Assembly (NCBI GenBank): GCA_944391955.1 | Contig: CALXVG010000001.1 | Coordinates: forward strand, 249,916-313,915 | Length of the DNA stretch: 64,000 nucleotides | Origin: an uncultured Clostridia bacterium | GTDB taxonomy: Bacteria > Bacillota > Clostridia > TANB77 > CAG-508 | Direction of reading: 5' to 3' | In this document: positions 10,091 to 20,277 of the stretch, piece by piece | How the letters are laid out: each line of letters starts with the position of its first letter | How positions within the stretch are numbered: position 1 is the stretch's first letter | The notes under the pieces: model-generated | What the model saw: only the letters and a program-made list of their open reading frames with translations | Databases searched by the model: none | Told to the model about the DNA's origin: nothing | Program-made: the position numbers and the translations under genes

Positions 10091-11407
10091 CTATTTTGTA
10101 AACATTTTAATGACTTTTTCTAGATTTTCCAGAGATTTTTCACTTAAGATTTCATATCTTTTCCATTTGTCTTTTATTTTTGTTTCCAATGCAGGAAGTA
10201 TTCCAAAATTTGCATTCATAGGCTGGAATTTTTCATTTTCTGTTGATATATATTTTGATAAAGCTCCAATTACTGTCTGCTCCGGAAAAATCACTTCTTT
10301 TTCATTTTTTATTTTTGCTACTGCATTTATTCCTGCAACTAATCCAGATGCAATTGATTCTACATATCCTTCTACTCCAGATATTTGTCCTGCAAAAAAT
10401 ATATTTTCATTTTCTCGTAAATTATATTTTTCTGTTAATAATTTAGGTGAATTTATAAATGTATTTCTATGCATTACACCATATCTTGCAAATTCTGCAT
10501 TTTTTAATCCCGGAATCATTGAAAAGACTCTTTTTTGTTCTCCAAATTTTAAGTTTGTTTGAAAACCTACCATATTATATAATGTTCCTTGCTCATTATC
10601 TTGTCTTAATTGTACTAATGCATATGGTCTTTGATTTGTTCTTGGATCTATAAATCCCACAGGTTTTAATGGTCCAAACCTTATTGTATCTATTCCCCTT
10701 TTTGCCATTATTTCTATTGGCATACAACCTTCAAATATTTCTCTTTTTTCAAACTCGTGTAAAGTTACTATTTCAGCATTTATTAGTTCATTATAAAAAT
10801 TTTCATATTCTTCTTTATTCATCGGTAAATTAATGTAGCTATTATCACCTTGTTTCCCATATCTGTCTCCATAAAATGCTATATCAAAATCTATACTGTT
10901 TTTCTCTATAATAGGTGCTGCTGCATCATAAAAATATAAATTATTATTATTTGTTAATTTCATAATTTCTTTTGTTAAATTTTCTGAAGTAAGTGGTCCT
11001 GTTGCTATAATTGTTATGCCTTCATCATCTAGCTTTGTTACCTCATTTCTTATAATTTCAATGTTAGGATTTTCTTCAATTTCTATTGTAACCAATTTTG
11101 AAAATGTTTCTCTATCAATTGCTAAAGCTTGTCCAGCTGGAACTGCAGTTTTATCTGCTATTTTTATTAATAAAGAATCTAATCTTCTAAGTTCTTCTTT
11201 TAAAAGTCCACATGCATTAGTTAAGTTATTGGATTTAAAAGAATTACTACAAACAATTTCTGCTAAATTTTGATTTGAGTGTGCTGGTGAATATTTTTTC
11301 GGTTTCATCTCATATAATTTTACTTTTATTCCTCTTTTTGCAATTTGATAAGCAGCTTCACAACCTGCTAATCCTCCTCCAATTACAGTTATATATTCTC
11401 TCATCAT
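10091..11407 (-). CDS. trmFO: Methylenetetrahydrofolate--tRNA-(uracil54-C5)-methyltransferase
   Basis: [39 protein letters not shown]-binding N-terminus and length typical of TrmFO/Gid. Confidence 0.9.
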   Translation of the reverse strand: MMREYITVIGGGLAGCEAAYQIAKRGIKVKLYEMKPKKYSPAHSNQNLAEIVCSNSFKSNNLTNACGLLKEELRRLDSLLIKIADKTAVPAGQALAIDRETFSKLVTIEIEENPNIEIIRNEVTKLDDEGITIIATGPLTSENLTKEIMKLTNNNNLYFYDAAAPIIEKNSIDFDIAFYGDRYGKQGDNSYINLPMNKEEYENFYNELINAEIVTLHEFEKREIFEGCMPIEIMAKRGIDTIRFGPLKPVGFIDPRTNQRPYALVQLRQDNEQGTLYNMVGFQTNLKFGEQKRVFSMIPGLKNAEFARYGVMHRNTFINSPKLLTEKYNLRENENIFFAGQISGVEGYVESIASGLVAGINAVAKIKNEKEVIFPEQTVIGALSKYISTENEKFQPMNANFGILPALETKIKDKWKRYEILSEKSLENLEKVIKMFTK

Positions 11408-11546
11408 AAAATCTCCTTTGTCTTATATTATAACATTTAAGTCAAGAGTAATTTATAGTTTATAAAATTCTATATTTTTTTATATTTTTTTAGTTTTTTC
11501 CTTTACAAATTGACCATTCTAATATAAAATATGTACAGGTGAAATC

Positions 11547-12002
11547 ATGTTAAAATTTGTTTCAAATAGTGAGAATGAAACTAAAGATATAGCCAAAAGT
11601 CTAGCAGCAAAAGTATCCAAAGGAGATGTTATTATTCTTACTGGAGAGTTAGGCAGTGGAAAAACAAAATTTACAGAAGGTTTTTTATCTTTTTGGGGAT
11701 TAGAAAATGAAATTTCTAGTCCAACATTCACAATTGTTAATGAATATTCAAAAGACACTATAAATATATTTCACTTTGATGTTTATAGATTGGCTGATAT
11801 AGATGAATTTTATGCAATTGGTGGAACAGAATATTTTGATAAAGGAATTTCCATAATAGAATGGGGAAATTTAATTGAAGAAATATTGCCAAAATATATT
11901 AAAATAGACATTTCTAAAGATAGTAATAATTCAAATATCAGATATATTAATATAGAATTTAAAGGAGATTTTGATGATAAATTTAGCCATTTCAACATCT
12001 AG
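11547..12002 (+). CDS. tsaE: tRNA threonylcarbamoyladenosine biosynthesis protein TsaE
   Basis: Walker-A GELGSGKT, ~150 aa, followed by tsaB and rimI as in the Firmicute tsaEB-rimI cluster. Confidence 0.85.
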   Translation: MLKFVSNSENETKDIAKSLAAKVSKGDVIILTGELGSGKTKFTEGFLSFWGLENEISSPTFTIVNEYSKDTINIFHFDVYRLADIDEFYAIGGTEYFDKGISIIEWGNLIEEILPKYIKIDISKDSNNSNIRYINIEFKGDFDDKFSHFNI

Positions 12003-12642
12003 TGATACTTGTTCAGTTTCCCTTTTAGAAAATGATAAATGTATCAAAGAATTAAATATAAAAAATGAAAAAACACATTCTGAAAAATTAATGCCCTTAA
12101 TTGATGAATTATTTAATTCTACAAATCTCTCTCTTAAAGATGTTAATTTGATTTCATGTGATAATGGTCCTGGTTCTTTTACGGGACTTCGTATAGGAAT
12201 TGCTACTGTTAAAGCATTTGCCGAAGTTCAAAATATTCCAGTTATAGCATGCTCTTCATTAGATGCACTTAGCTATAATATACAAAATGCAGAACATATA
12301 TGTTCTTTAATAGATGCTAGAAATAATCAAGTATATTGTGCCATATATGATAATAATCACAACTTGATTTCTGATTATATGGCTAATGATATAAATAATT
12401 TATTACCTATTTTTGCAAATTATAATAATCTAAAATTCGTTGGAGATGGATATAATAGGCATCAAGATTTATTTAGTCAAACTGATATCTATGATGATAC
12501 AATTTATAGCAAAAATATTGGAATATGTGGATATAAAAAATTTCTTTTAGGAGAAACTACTACTGCTGACTTACTTTCTGTTATGTATTTGCGAAAATCA
12601 CAAGCTGAAAGGATGTTAGGTAATGGAACCATTAAACATTAA
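11974..12642 (+). CDS. tsaB: tRNA threonylcarbamoyladenosine biosynthesis protein TsaB
   Basis: MINLAISTSSDTCSVSLLEN ... GPGSFTGLRIGIATVKAFA (YeaZ/TsaB signature). AAGGAG RBS 8 nt before ATG 11974; overlaps tsaE end. Confidence 0.85.
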   Translation: MINLAISTSSDTCSVSLLENDKCIKELNIKNEKTHSEKLMPLIDELFNSTNLSLKDVNLISCDNGPGSFTGLRIGIATVKAFAEVQNIPVIACSSLDALSYNIQNAEHICSLIDARNNQVYCAIYDNNHNLISDYMANDINNLLPIFANYNNLKFVGDGYNRHQDLFSQTDIYDDTIYSKNIGICGYKKFLLGETTTADLLSVMYLRKSQAERMLGNGTIKH

Positions 12643-13063
12643 AGATATGTATTTATCTGATTTTAAAAAAATTGAAAATATATATGATACAGAATTTCCA
12701 AACACCTGGAAAATAAGTATTTTAGAGAGTGAACTTAATAACTCCTCTTCTAAGTATATTGTAGCATATATGTCAGAAAAAATTGTTGGCTTTGCCGGTG
12801 TATTATTTTCTGTTGATACAGCAGATATTACAAATATTGTAGTAAGAAAATCTTATAGGCATATGGGAATTGGCAGTAAATTATTAGAAGAATTGATAAA
12901 TTTAACAAAAGAAAATAATAAAGCTTGTTTAACCTTAGAAGTTAATATAAATAATGTTTATGCCCAACAGCTTTATAATAAATATAATTTTAAAAATTTG
13001 GGTATAAGAAAAAAATATTATAATGGAACAGATGATGCTTATATTATGACTTTATATTTATAA
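12623..13063 (+). CDS. rimI: Ribosomal-protein-alanine N-acetyltransferase (GNAT)
   Basis: GNAT motifs VRKSYRHMGIGSKLLEEL. Position after tsaB as in conserved cluster. Overlaps tsaB stop. Confidence 0.8.
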   Translation: MEPLNIKDMYLSDFKKIENIYDTEFPNTWKISILESELNNSSSKYIVAYMSEKIVGFAGVLFSVDTADITNIVVRKSYRHMGIGSKLLEELINLTKENNKACLTLEVNINNVYAQQLYNKYNFKNLGIRKKYYNGTDDAYIMTLYL

Positions 13064-13079
13064 GAAAAGAGGAATACCA

Positions 13080-15464
13080 ATGAGAAAAAATGAATTATCT
13101 TACAAAGATTTAAGAAGTAATTGTAATCCAAACAGTTTTAACTTTGAAACTACTGAAGAACTTGATAATGAAGGTCTTATCTATGGCCAGGAACGTGGAA
13201 TTGCAGCATTAGAATTTGGATTAAAAGTTACTTCTAAAGGTTACAATTTATATATTGAAGGTCCTAGTGGTGTGGGAAAAACAATGTATTCAAAAAAATA
13301 TGTTACCGAAATTGCTCATAAAGCTAAAACTCCTAATGACTGGTGTTATATATATAATTTTAATGAACCAAATGAACCAATAGCTGTTTCTCTTCCTGCA
13401 GGACAAGGAAAAGAGTTTAAACAAATAATGGAATTACTCGTTGAAGATGTAAAAAAATCTTTAAAAAGAACATTTAATAACGACGATTTTGAAAAAGAGA
13501 AAAAATCTATTAAGCAAAAATTCCAAGAAAAACGTGAAAAGATTTTGGAACACTTAAATAAAGAAACTATGAAATTAGATTTTCAAATCAAAGCTGCACC
13601 TAATGGAATTTATATGCTTCCAATTTTAGAAGGAAAAGTCATTGACGAAGATGATTTTGAAAAATTAGATGATACTATTAAACAAAAATTTGAGGCAAAT
13701 TCTGAAATAGTTCAAACACAAATAATGCAAGTTATTGGTCAACTAAAAAATATTGAACGCGAAGCAGACCAAAAAGTAGAAGAATGGCAATCTAACATAG
13801 CATTGTTAACTATAAATACTTATATTAACCCTATTCGTAATAAATATAAAAAATATACTAAAATTGTTACATTTTTAGATGATATTAAAAAAGATATATT
13901 AAAAAATATACCTGCATTTATAATTGAAGAAGCTCAGACTCCTTTTGGTCCACAATCTCCAAAACCAGATGCTGTAAAGCCTTGGTTAAATTACAGAATA
14001 AATCTATTTATTGACAATAGTAATTTAGAGGGTGCTCCTGTTATAATGGATTCTAACTATGCATATCATAACTTATTTGGTAAATTAGAATATGAAAATC
14101 AATATGGTATGCTAAAAACAGACTTTACAATGTTAAGACCTGGTGCACTTCATAAAGCTAATGGTGGTTATATAATATTGCAAGCTCAAGATTTATTGGT
14201 AAATCAGGCTTGTTATGATGCATTAAAAAAAGCCTTATTAATAAAACAAGTTAATATAGAAAACAATTTTGACCAACGTTCTTCTATGGTTATGATTGCA
14301 TTAAAACCTGAACCAATCCCTTTAAATGTTAAAGTATTACTTATAGGTGATGCAAATATTTATCATACATTACTTGATCTAGACCCTGATTTTAAAAAAT
14401 TATTTAAAATAAAAGTAGAATTCGAGGAAACTGCACCTCGAAACGATGAAAATATGTTAAAATTAGCAAAATTTGTTCATAGTTTTTGCGAAAAAGAAGA
14501 TTGTTTACCACTTGATAAATATGCAATGGCAAAAGTTGTTGAATATACTTCTTCCTTAGCCGAAGATAAACAAAAACTTTCTACACATTTTAATGAAATA
14601 GGTGAAATAATTTCTGAGGCATCTACTTGGGCAAAAATTTCAAGAAAAAAACTTATATCTGCAGATTATATTCAAAAGGCTTTAGATAAAAGAATTGAAA
14701 GAATAAAGAAATATGATTCTCAATATACAGAACTTATAAAAGAAAACACTTTATTAATAGATACTGATGGTTATAAAGTAGGTGAAATAAATGGTTTAAC
14801 AGTTATGACAATAGGAGATTATACTTTTGGAAAACCTGCTAAAATAACCGCAAATACCTATATTGGTAAAACAGGATTAGTTAATATAGAACGTGAAGTT
14901 GATTTATCAGGTTCTACTCACTCAAAAGGAGTTCTTATATTAACAGGGTATTTAGGTGAAAAATTTGCTCAGAAATTCCCTCTTTCCCTAACTGCTAGTT
15001 TATGTTTTGAGCAGTTATATAATGGTGTGGATGGAGATAGTGCATCAAGCACAGAAGGATATGCCATTCTTTCTAGTCTTTCTGAGATACCTATCAATCA
15101 GTCTATTGCTGTAACAGGTTCTGTAAATCAAAAAGGAAATATTCAACCTATTGGTGGTGTAAATGAAAAGATTAAAGGATTTTATAGTGTTTGTAAACAA
15201 CGCGGTTTAAATGGTGAGCAGGGTGTTATAATACCTATACAAAATGTACGCAATTTACATTTACCTGATGAAATTATTGAATCTGTAAAAGAAAAGAAGT
15301 TCCATATCTATGCAGTATCTACACTTGATGAAGGAATTGAAATATTGACTGGTGTTCCAGCAGGAAAGAAAAATAAAAATGGTGAATATCCAGCTGGTAC
15401 TATTAACTATCTAGTTTCTAAAAAATTAGAACAATATTATAAAAATAGTATAACTAAAAATTAA
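13080..15464 (+). CDS. Lon-like ATP-dependent protease (AAA+ ATPase N-terminus, S16 peptidase C-terminus; COG1067 type)
   Basis: Walker-A GPSGVGKT and C-terminal Lon catalytic region GVDGDSASS ... KGFYSVCKQRGLNGEQGVIIP. Occupies the slot where tsaD usually follows rimI. Confidence 0.8.
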   Translation: MRKNELSYKDLRSNCNPNSFNFETTEELDNEGLIYGQERGIAALEFGLKVTSKGYNLYIEGPSGVGKTMYSKKYVTEIAHKAKTPNDWCYIYNFNEPNEPIAVSLPAGQGKEFKQIMELLVEDVKKSLKRTFNNDDFEKEKKSIKQKFQEKREKILEHLNKETMKLDFQIKAAPNGIYMLPILEGKVIDEDDFEKLDDTIKQKFEANSEIVQTQIMQVIGQLKNIEREADQKVEEWQSNIALLTINTYINPIRNKYKKYTKIVTFLDDIKKDILKNIPAFIIEEAQTPFGPQSPKPDAVKPWLNYRINLFIDNSNLEGAPVIMDSNYAYHNLFGKLEYENQYGMLKTDFTMLRPGALHKANGGYIILQAQDLLVNQACYDALKKALLIKQVNIENNFDQRSSMVMIALKPEPIPLNVKVLLIGDANIYHTLLDLDPDFKKLFKIKVEFEETAPRNDENMLKLAKFVHSFCEKEDCLPLDKYAMAKVVEYTSSLAEDKQKLSTHFNEIGEIISEASTWAKISRKKLISADYIQKALDKRIERIKKYDSQYTELIKENTLLIDTDGYKVGEINGLTVMTIGDYTFGKPAKITANTYIGKTGLVNIEREVDLSGSTHSKGVLILTGYLGEKFAQKFPLSLTASLCFEQLYNGVDGDSASSTEGYAILSSLSEIPINQSIAVTGSVNQKGNIQPIGGVNEKIKGFYSVCKQRGLNGEQGVIIPIQNVRNLHLPDEIIESVKEKKFHIYAVSTLDEGIEILTGVPAGKKNKNGEYPAGTINYLVSKKLEQYYKNSITKN

Positions 15465-15513
15465 AATGGGCGGTTTAAAACCGCCTTTAGTTTAAGAAAA
15501 AGGAGATGTTATA

Positions 15514-16203
15514 ATGACTGCATTTTTATTAAAAATAATTGCATGTATTACAATGTTTATAGACCACATAGGCTATGTTATTTTTGATGGTTCTTCTTTT
15601 TTTAATTGGATTGGTCGTTTAGCATTTCCTATCTTTGCTTTCCAAATCTCTCAAGGTTATATTCATACAAGAAATTTGAAAAGATATGCAATACGTTTGT
15701 TTATATTTGCACTAATTTCGCAAATACCTTTTACCATTTTTTATAAGAATATCTTTGACGCTTTTGCTATTAATGTAATTTTCACACTTCTATTTGGACT
15801 TATCAGTATTATTGTTTATGATAAAGTAAATAAAATTTTGGGACTTTTGGTTACAATATGTTTAGCTGTAATTGCACAAATTTGTGATTTTGATTATGGC
15901 TTTTATGGAGTTGCAATTATACTACTATTTTATATGTTTAGAAATTCTAAACCATTACTTATTTCTGCATTCTCATTCGCAACAATTATAAGGTATGGTT
16001 ACCATATTGTATATTATTTAGTACAAACAAGCATAAAGCCTTCTATTATTTTCGAATTTTATATGCCTTCATTAATAGCTACTCTTCTATCTGCTGTATT
16101 TATTGGGTTGTATAATGGTAAAAAAGGTCGTGATTCTAAGTATCTTTTATACTTATTTTACCCTTTACACCTTCTACTTATCTATTTTATTAACGTATTA
16201 TAA
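15514..16203 (+). CDS. TraX family polytopic membrane protein
   Basis: MTAFLLKIIACITMFIDHIGYVIF...RLAFPIFAFQISQGY resembles the TraX family signature; about 6 TM helices. Confidence 0.65.
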   Translation: MTAFLLKIIACITMFIDHIGYVIFDGSSFFNWIGRLAFPIFAFQISQGYIHTRNLKRYAIRLFIFALISQIPFTIFYKNIFDAFAINVIFTLLFGLISIIVYDKVNKILGLLVTICLAVIAQICDFDYGFYGVAIILLFYMFRNSKPLLISAFSFATIIRYGYHIVYYLVQTSIKPSIIFEFYMPSLIATLLSAVFIGLYNGKKGRDSKYLLYLFYPLHLLLIYFINVL

Positions 16204-16244
16204 TTTAATAGAATTACACAAAATTTAGATATTACATATAATAT

Positions 16245-17180
16245 CTAAACCGCAAAATTAATACCTCTTGCTACAACATCTTTCATGTTTTCTATTAATT
16301 CATCTATCTCTTTTGGTGTTACTATTAAGTTATAATCTTTTGGAATTAATGCTTCTCTTATTAAATCATATTTATTTGTTTCTTTTAATTGATTTAAATA
16401 TTCATTTGATTGTGCTTCATTTTGCAATTTCTCTATAAATAAATCTATACTATCAGATGCAATAGTAGCTGCATCTACAACCATTGGAACACCAATTGCT
16501 ATTACTGGTATATTCAAAGTTCTTTCACTTATTTCATTTCTTGTATTCCCTACTCCAGCTCCTGGAACGATACCTGTATCTGCAATTTGTACTGTACTGC
16601 TAATTCTTTCAATACTTTTTGAAGCTAAACTATCTATTACAATTATAAGTTTTGGTTTAATATTTTCTACAATTCCTTTTATAACTTCCATTGTCTCTAT
16701 TCCTGTTGTTCCTAAAACTCCTGGTGCTATTGCACTTATCGGTCTTGTATCTTTTTCTAAATATTGTGGTGCATATCTAAGTAGGTGCCTTGTAATATCA
16801 ATATCTTTAACCACTTTAGGTCCTAAAGAATCTGGTGTTACATAAACATTTCCAAGTCCTACAATTAATATATCCCCTTCTTTATTCGTATGTTTATCTA
16901 TTAAATTTTTTAATTCTTTTGTAACAATCTCTGATGCTTGTTGTATTTCATCATTACCCGCAATTTTTAAATTTTTCATATCAATTGTTATATACGTTCC
17001 AATAGGTTTTCCTATTGCTTGCTCACCTTTTTCATTTGTTACTTTTACTCTTGTTGTTGTAATATTTTCATTATTTTCTTCTCTTTCAGTTTCTATTCCT
17101 TCAATTTCATTTTCTATATTATTTGCACTACGGTATAAGTCCCTTCTTTCTATTGCCAAATCTGTTCTAAAATTATACAT
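16245..17180 (-). CDS. gpr: Germination protease (spore protease GPR)
   Basis: MYNFRTDLAIERRDLY N-terminus and ILIVGLGNVYVTPDSLGPKVV are characteristic of GPR; indicates an endospore former. Confidence 0.9.
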   Translation of the reverse strand: MYNFRTDLAIERRDLYRSANNIENEIEGIETEREENNENITTTRVKVTNEKGEQAIGKPIGTYITIDMKNLKIAGNDEIQQASEIVTKELKNLIDKHTNKEGDILIVGLGNVYVTPDSLGPKVVKDIDITRHLLRYAPQYLEKDTRPISAIAPGVLGTTGIETMEVIKGIVENIKPKLIIVIDSLASKSIERISSTVQIADTGIVPGAGVGNTRNEISERTLNIPVIAIGVPMVVDAATIASDSIDLFIEKLQNEAQSNEYLNQLKETNKYDLIREALIPKDYNLIVTPKEIDELIENMKDVVARGINFAV

Positions 17181-17261
17181 AAAAACCTCCTATAATATAT
17201 TTATATATAGTTTTAGGATTTTTTATTTTTATATGCATCTATCTTAAAAACTTCCAAAAGT

Positions 17262-17289
17262 TGAGAAATTCGGACATTTATGCTATAAT
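17262..17289 (+). promoter_or_regulatory. Near-consensus sigma-A promoter for the GC-rich gene 17449-18465
   Basis: TTGAGA-16-TATAAT, followed by a ~160-nt leader with hairpins (TGTTAGgcgatgtgCTAACA; CACATTAAGAGG/CCTCTTATGTG). Confidence 0.55.
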
Positions 17290-17448
17290 ATAATTATGAT
17301 TTTATATCATGTTAGGCGATGTGCTAACATCGTTAAACTCCCACATTAAGAGGTGGAACTGAAAGTAACTCCCTCTTATGTGTTTACATATATAGCAAGT
17401 TCCCACTGCAAGTATCCACTAACGACATTTTATTAGGAGGTCAAAGTC

Positions 17449-18465
17449 ATGAAAAAAATCGTATCCCTCATTATGGCAGTCATTATGATTGCTGGTATTT
17501 GCACTACAGGTGCAAGTGCTGTGAGCGATATCCATCTGGATATCGGAGAGGCCGTCATCTATAAGGATGACCGCAAAGTTTCCGGTATCGACGCATACCT
17601 GGACGGCTTCGGAGAAATCCGGGTCAGCGACGAGTCTGACATTTGCACAATTTTTGCAGATGAATTGGACGGCGTTGTTCGTCTTCCCCTCACGACCCTG
17701 ATTGTTACCGGATGGGCGGACTACTATGGTTACGCCTGGAGCCAGTCTGGCAACACTCTGTATATTTATACAGGGACCCTCGATTTAATCGAGGGAGACG
17801 AACTCATCTATAATCCGGACTCCAGTGGTCCTGCAGATCCTACCACAAATGGTAAGGTATACGTGAACGGTATCTACCGTAGCAACTTGAGTGGTGTTAC
17901 CACTTACGGTGGAGAAGCTTTTATTAGTAGCTATGCTACTTTGAAGGCAATTTTTCCCACCGAGGCAGCCAAAGTGAATACCTCTGCTTATATGCCTACC
18001 AGTTCTCTGAGAATGTGGGCAACACAGTATAAGTATTCCATGGTTGTTTCCGACAACAGGGTATATCTCAACAACGATGGGAAAACTCCCATTGAGATGA
18101 CTCTGGATGGAGTTCTCATCGATTTTCCTGACCAGCAGCCTTTCGTGGTTGCACCGGGAAGAACGATGATTCCCATCGCTACCTTCTCTGAAAACCTTGG
18201 TTTCAAGGTAACTTGGGAAGGGAAGGTAAGTGCTACTTCCACTTATGACAGAGTTAAAATGGAATACAACGGAAAGACTCTGTATCTGTGGATTGGTAGC
18301 AATCAGTACTGGATTGGAGGTAAGTATTACACCATGGATGTAGCACCCTATGTCACAAACGGCCGCACTATGGTGCCTGTCTACTTCATTGCTGAAGCCC
18401 TTGGCTACACTGTGAAGTGGGATCCGTCGACACAACCGTCGACGGTAAGAGTTACAAGTAAGTAA
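17449..18465 (+). CDS. Secreted copper amine oxidase N-terminal domain repeat protein (stalk-type), GC-rich (~50%)
   Basis: Signal peptide MKKIVSLIMAVIMIAGICTTGASA. Two repeats VAPGRTMIPIATFSENLGFKVTWEG and VTNGRTMVPVYFIAEALGYTVKWDP match the copper amine oxidase-like N-terminal domain. GGAGG RBS. Confidence 0.8.
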   Translation: MKKIVSLIMAVIMIAGICTTGASAVSDIHLDIGEAVIYKDDRKVSGIDAYLDGFGEIRVSDESDICTIFADELDGVVRLPLTTLIVTGWADYYGYAWSQSGNTLYIYTGTLDLIEGDELIYNPDSSGPADPTTNGKVYVNGIYRSNLSGVTTYGGEAFISSYATLKAIFPTEAAKVNTSAYMPTSSLRMWATQYKYSMVVSDNRVYLNNDGKTPIEMTLDGVLIDFPDQQPFVVAPGRTMIPIATFSENLGFKVTWEGKVSATSTYDRVKMEYNGKTLYLWIGSNQYWIGGKYYTMDVAPYVTNGRTMVPVYFIAEALGYTVKWDPSTQPSTVRVTSK

Positions 18466-18483
18466 GTTCCAAACATGACTTAA

Positions 18484-18527
18484 GAGAGACCCACCGGCTT
18501 TATAGCTGGTGGGTCTTCTCTTTTTAT
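18484..18527 (+). terminator. Intrinsic terminator after the GC-rich gene
   Basis: GACCCACCGGCT-ttat-AGCTGGTGGGTC stem then TCTCTTTTTATT. Confidence 0.8.
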
Positions 18528-19153
18528 TGTATTTTTTTTATGCAATATTCTTTAACAGGACATTCCGTGCAGTTTGGATTTCTTGCTGTGCATATTTTTC
18601 TTCCATGCCATACTAGTAAATGATTTACATCTTTATAATATTCTTTTGGAAGTAATTTTAACAAATCTTGTTCTATTTTTTCAGGTAAACTATTTTTAGA
18701 CAATCCTAGTCTATTTGAGATTCTTTTTGCATGTGTATCAATTGCAATTCCTTGAGGATTATTAAAAGCTTCTAACATTACTACATTGGCGCTTTTTCTT
18801 CCGACTCCTGGCAGGCCCATTAAATCCTCCATATTTTCTGGAACTTGTCCATTATATTTTTCTAATAGTACTTTTGTCATTGCTTTTATATTTTTAGATT
18901 TATTTTTATAAAATCCACATGGGTATATTATTTTTTCTAATTCTTCTATGGGCATTTCATTAATTTGCTGTGGTGTAGAATATTTTTTAAATAAATTCGG
19001 TGTAACTTTGTTTACTCTCTCATCAGTACATTGTGCTGATAACATTACTGCTATTACCATCTCATATGGTGTTTCAAAATCTAAACTACATGTTGCATCT
19101 GAATAGTATTCTTTTAAAATTCTTATTATTTTTATTGCGTCTTCTTGTTTCAT
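18524..19153 (-). CDS. nth: Endonuclease III
   Basis: HhH-GPD motif LMGLPGVGRKSANVVM and C-terminal 4Fe-4S Cys cluster CTARNPNCTECPV. Confidence 0.9.
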   Translation of the reverse strand: MKQEDAIKIIRILKEYYSDATCSLDFETPYEMVIAVMLSAQCTDERVNKVTPNLFKKYSTPQQINEMPIEELEKIIYPCGFYKNKSKNIKAMTKVLLEKYNGQVPENMEDLMGLPGVGRKSANVVMLEAFNNPQGIAIDTHAKRISNRLGLSKNSLPEKIEQDLLKLLPKEYYKDVNHLLVWHGRKICTARNPNCTECPVKEYCIKKIQ

Positions 19154-19168
19154 ATTTTACTCCTACAT

Positions 19169-20134
19169 TTATTTTAGTATATACATCATATAAAATACAT
19201 ACAAAACTAACAGCATTCCTGCTTTATACCTCGTAATTGTATTCTTTTTTCCAATAAAATTGAAGAGCATTATTAAACCTATTACATCACTTAAAATAAC
19301 TAAATCATATACATTTTCTATTGAAAATGGTAGTGGTGTTATCATAGCTCCTGTTCCTAATATTAAGAATGAATTTATAATGCATGAACCTAGTAGATTT
19401 CCTACTGCTAAATCTTGTTCCGCTTTTATACTAGCTATTATTGAAGTTATAAGTTCTGGCAAAGCTGTTCCTATAGCTACAACCGTTAATCCTATTATTC
19501 TTTCTGAAATACCATATATATTCGCAATTTCAGTTGCTTCATCTACAACTAAATCTCCGCCATATTTTAATAATACAACACCTATTATAATATAAATAAA
19601 TGATAATAAAATACTTATTTGTGGTTTTGTATGTTTCTTTTTTTCATCTCTCATTGATACTATTATATCTTTTAATTCAATTAAGATAGGATATAAAAAA
19701 TATATTCCATAAAGTATTACAAGTATCATTCCTTCTTTACTAGTTATAGCTGTGTTTGAATCTTTGAAAACTCTAAACCCCACAAACAGTATAACCAAAC
19801 TTGAAAGCAATGCTACTGGTAAATGCACTCTTTTTGTGTCTTTATCTATCACTACTGGCCTTAAAGTAGCTGTAATACCAAGTATCAGTAGTAGATTAAA
19901 TATATTACTTCCTATTGCGTTCCCCAATATTAAATCTGTAGAGCCTTTTTGAGCAGAAGATATTGTTATCATAAGTTCTGGCATAGATGTACCAACAGCT
20001 ACTATAGTAAGTCCTATTAACATTTCTGGAATATGAAATCTTTGTGCTATATTGCTTGAACCTCTGACAAGTAAATCTGCTCCTAATACTAATAATAAAA
20101 ATCCTATTATCATAAATATTATTAATAGTATCAT
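19169..20134 (-). CDS. Ca2+/Na+ antiporter family membrane protein (CaCA, YrbG-like)
   Basis: Two internal alpha-repeats GTSMPELMITISSA and GTALPELITSIIAS, ~10 TM helices. Confidence 0.85.
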   Translation of the reverse strand: MILLIIFMIIGFLLLVLGADLLVRGSSNIAQRFHIPEMLIGLTIVAVGTSMPELMITISSAQKGSTDLILGNAIGSNIFNLLLILGITATLRPVVIDKDTKRVHLPVALLSSLVILFVGFRVFKDSNTAITSKEGMILVILYGIYFLYPILIELKDIIVSMRDEKKKHTKPQISILLSFIYIIIGVVLLKYGGDLVVDEATEIANIYGISERIIGLTVVAIGTALPELITSIIASIKAEQDLAVGNLLGSCIINSFLILGTGAMITPLPFSIENVYDLVILSDVIGLIMLFNFIGKKNTITRYKAGMLLVLYVFYMMYILK

Positions 20135-20277
20135 ATGTTCTCCTTTTTCATATGTATTGTTTTAACATTATAACATATAAATATTTTTTTAACAAATAAA
20201 ATTTTATTTAATATGTTTATTTTGAAGAAGGGAACAATTAATAATCGTTCCCTTCTTTGAGAATATTTCAAAATATT

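Noticed and set aside
17785-18435. Minus-strand ORFs of 216 and 84 aa
   Set aside because: Antisense shadows of the GC-rich copper-amine-oxidase-domain gene.
20224-20260. Hairpin GAAGAAGGGAAC…GTTCCCTTCTT as terminator of the SH3b-CAP gene
   Set aside because: Good stem but no clear T-run on the minus strand, so terminator function is uncertain; left unannotated.
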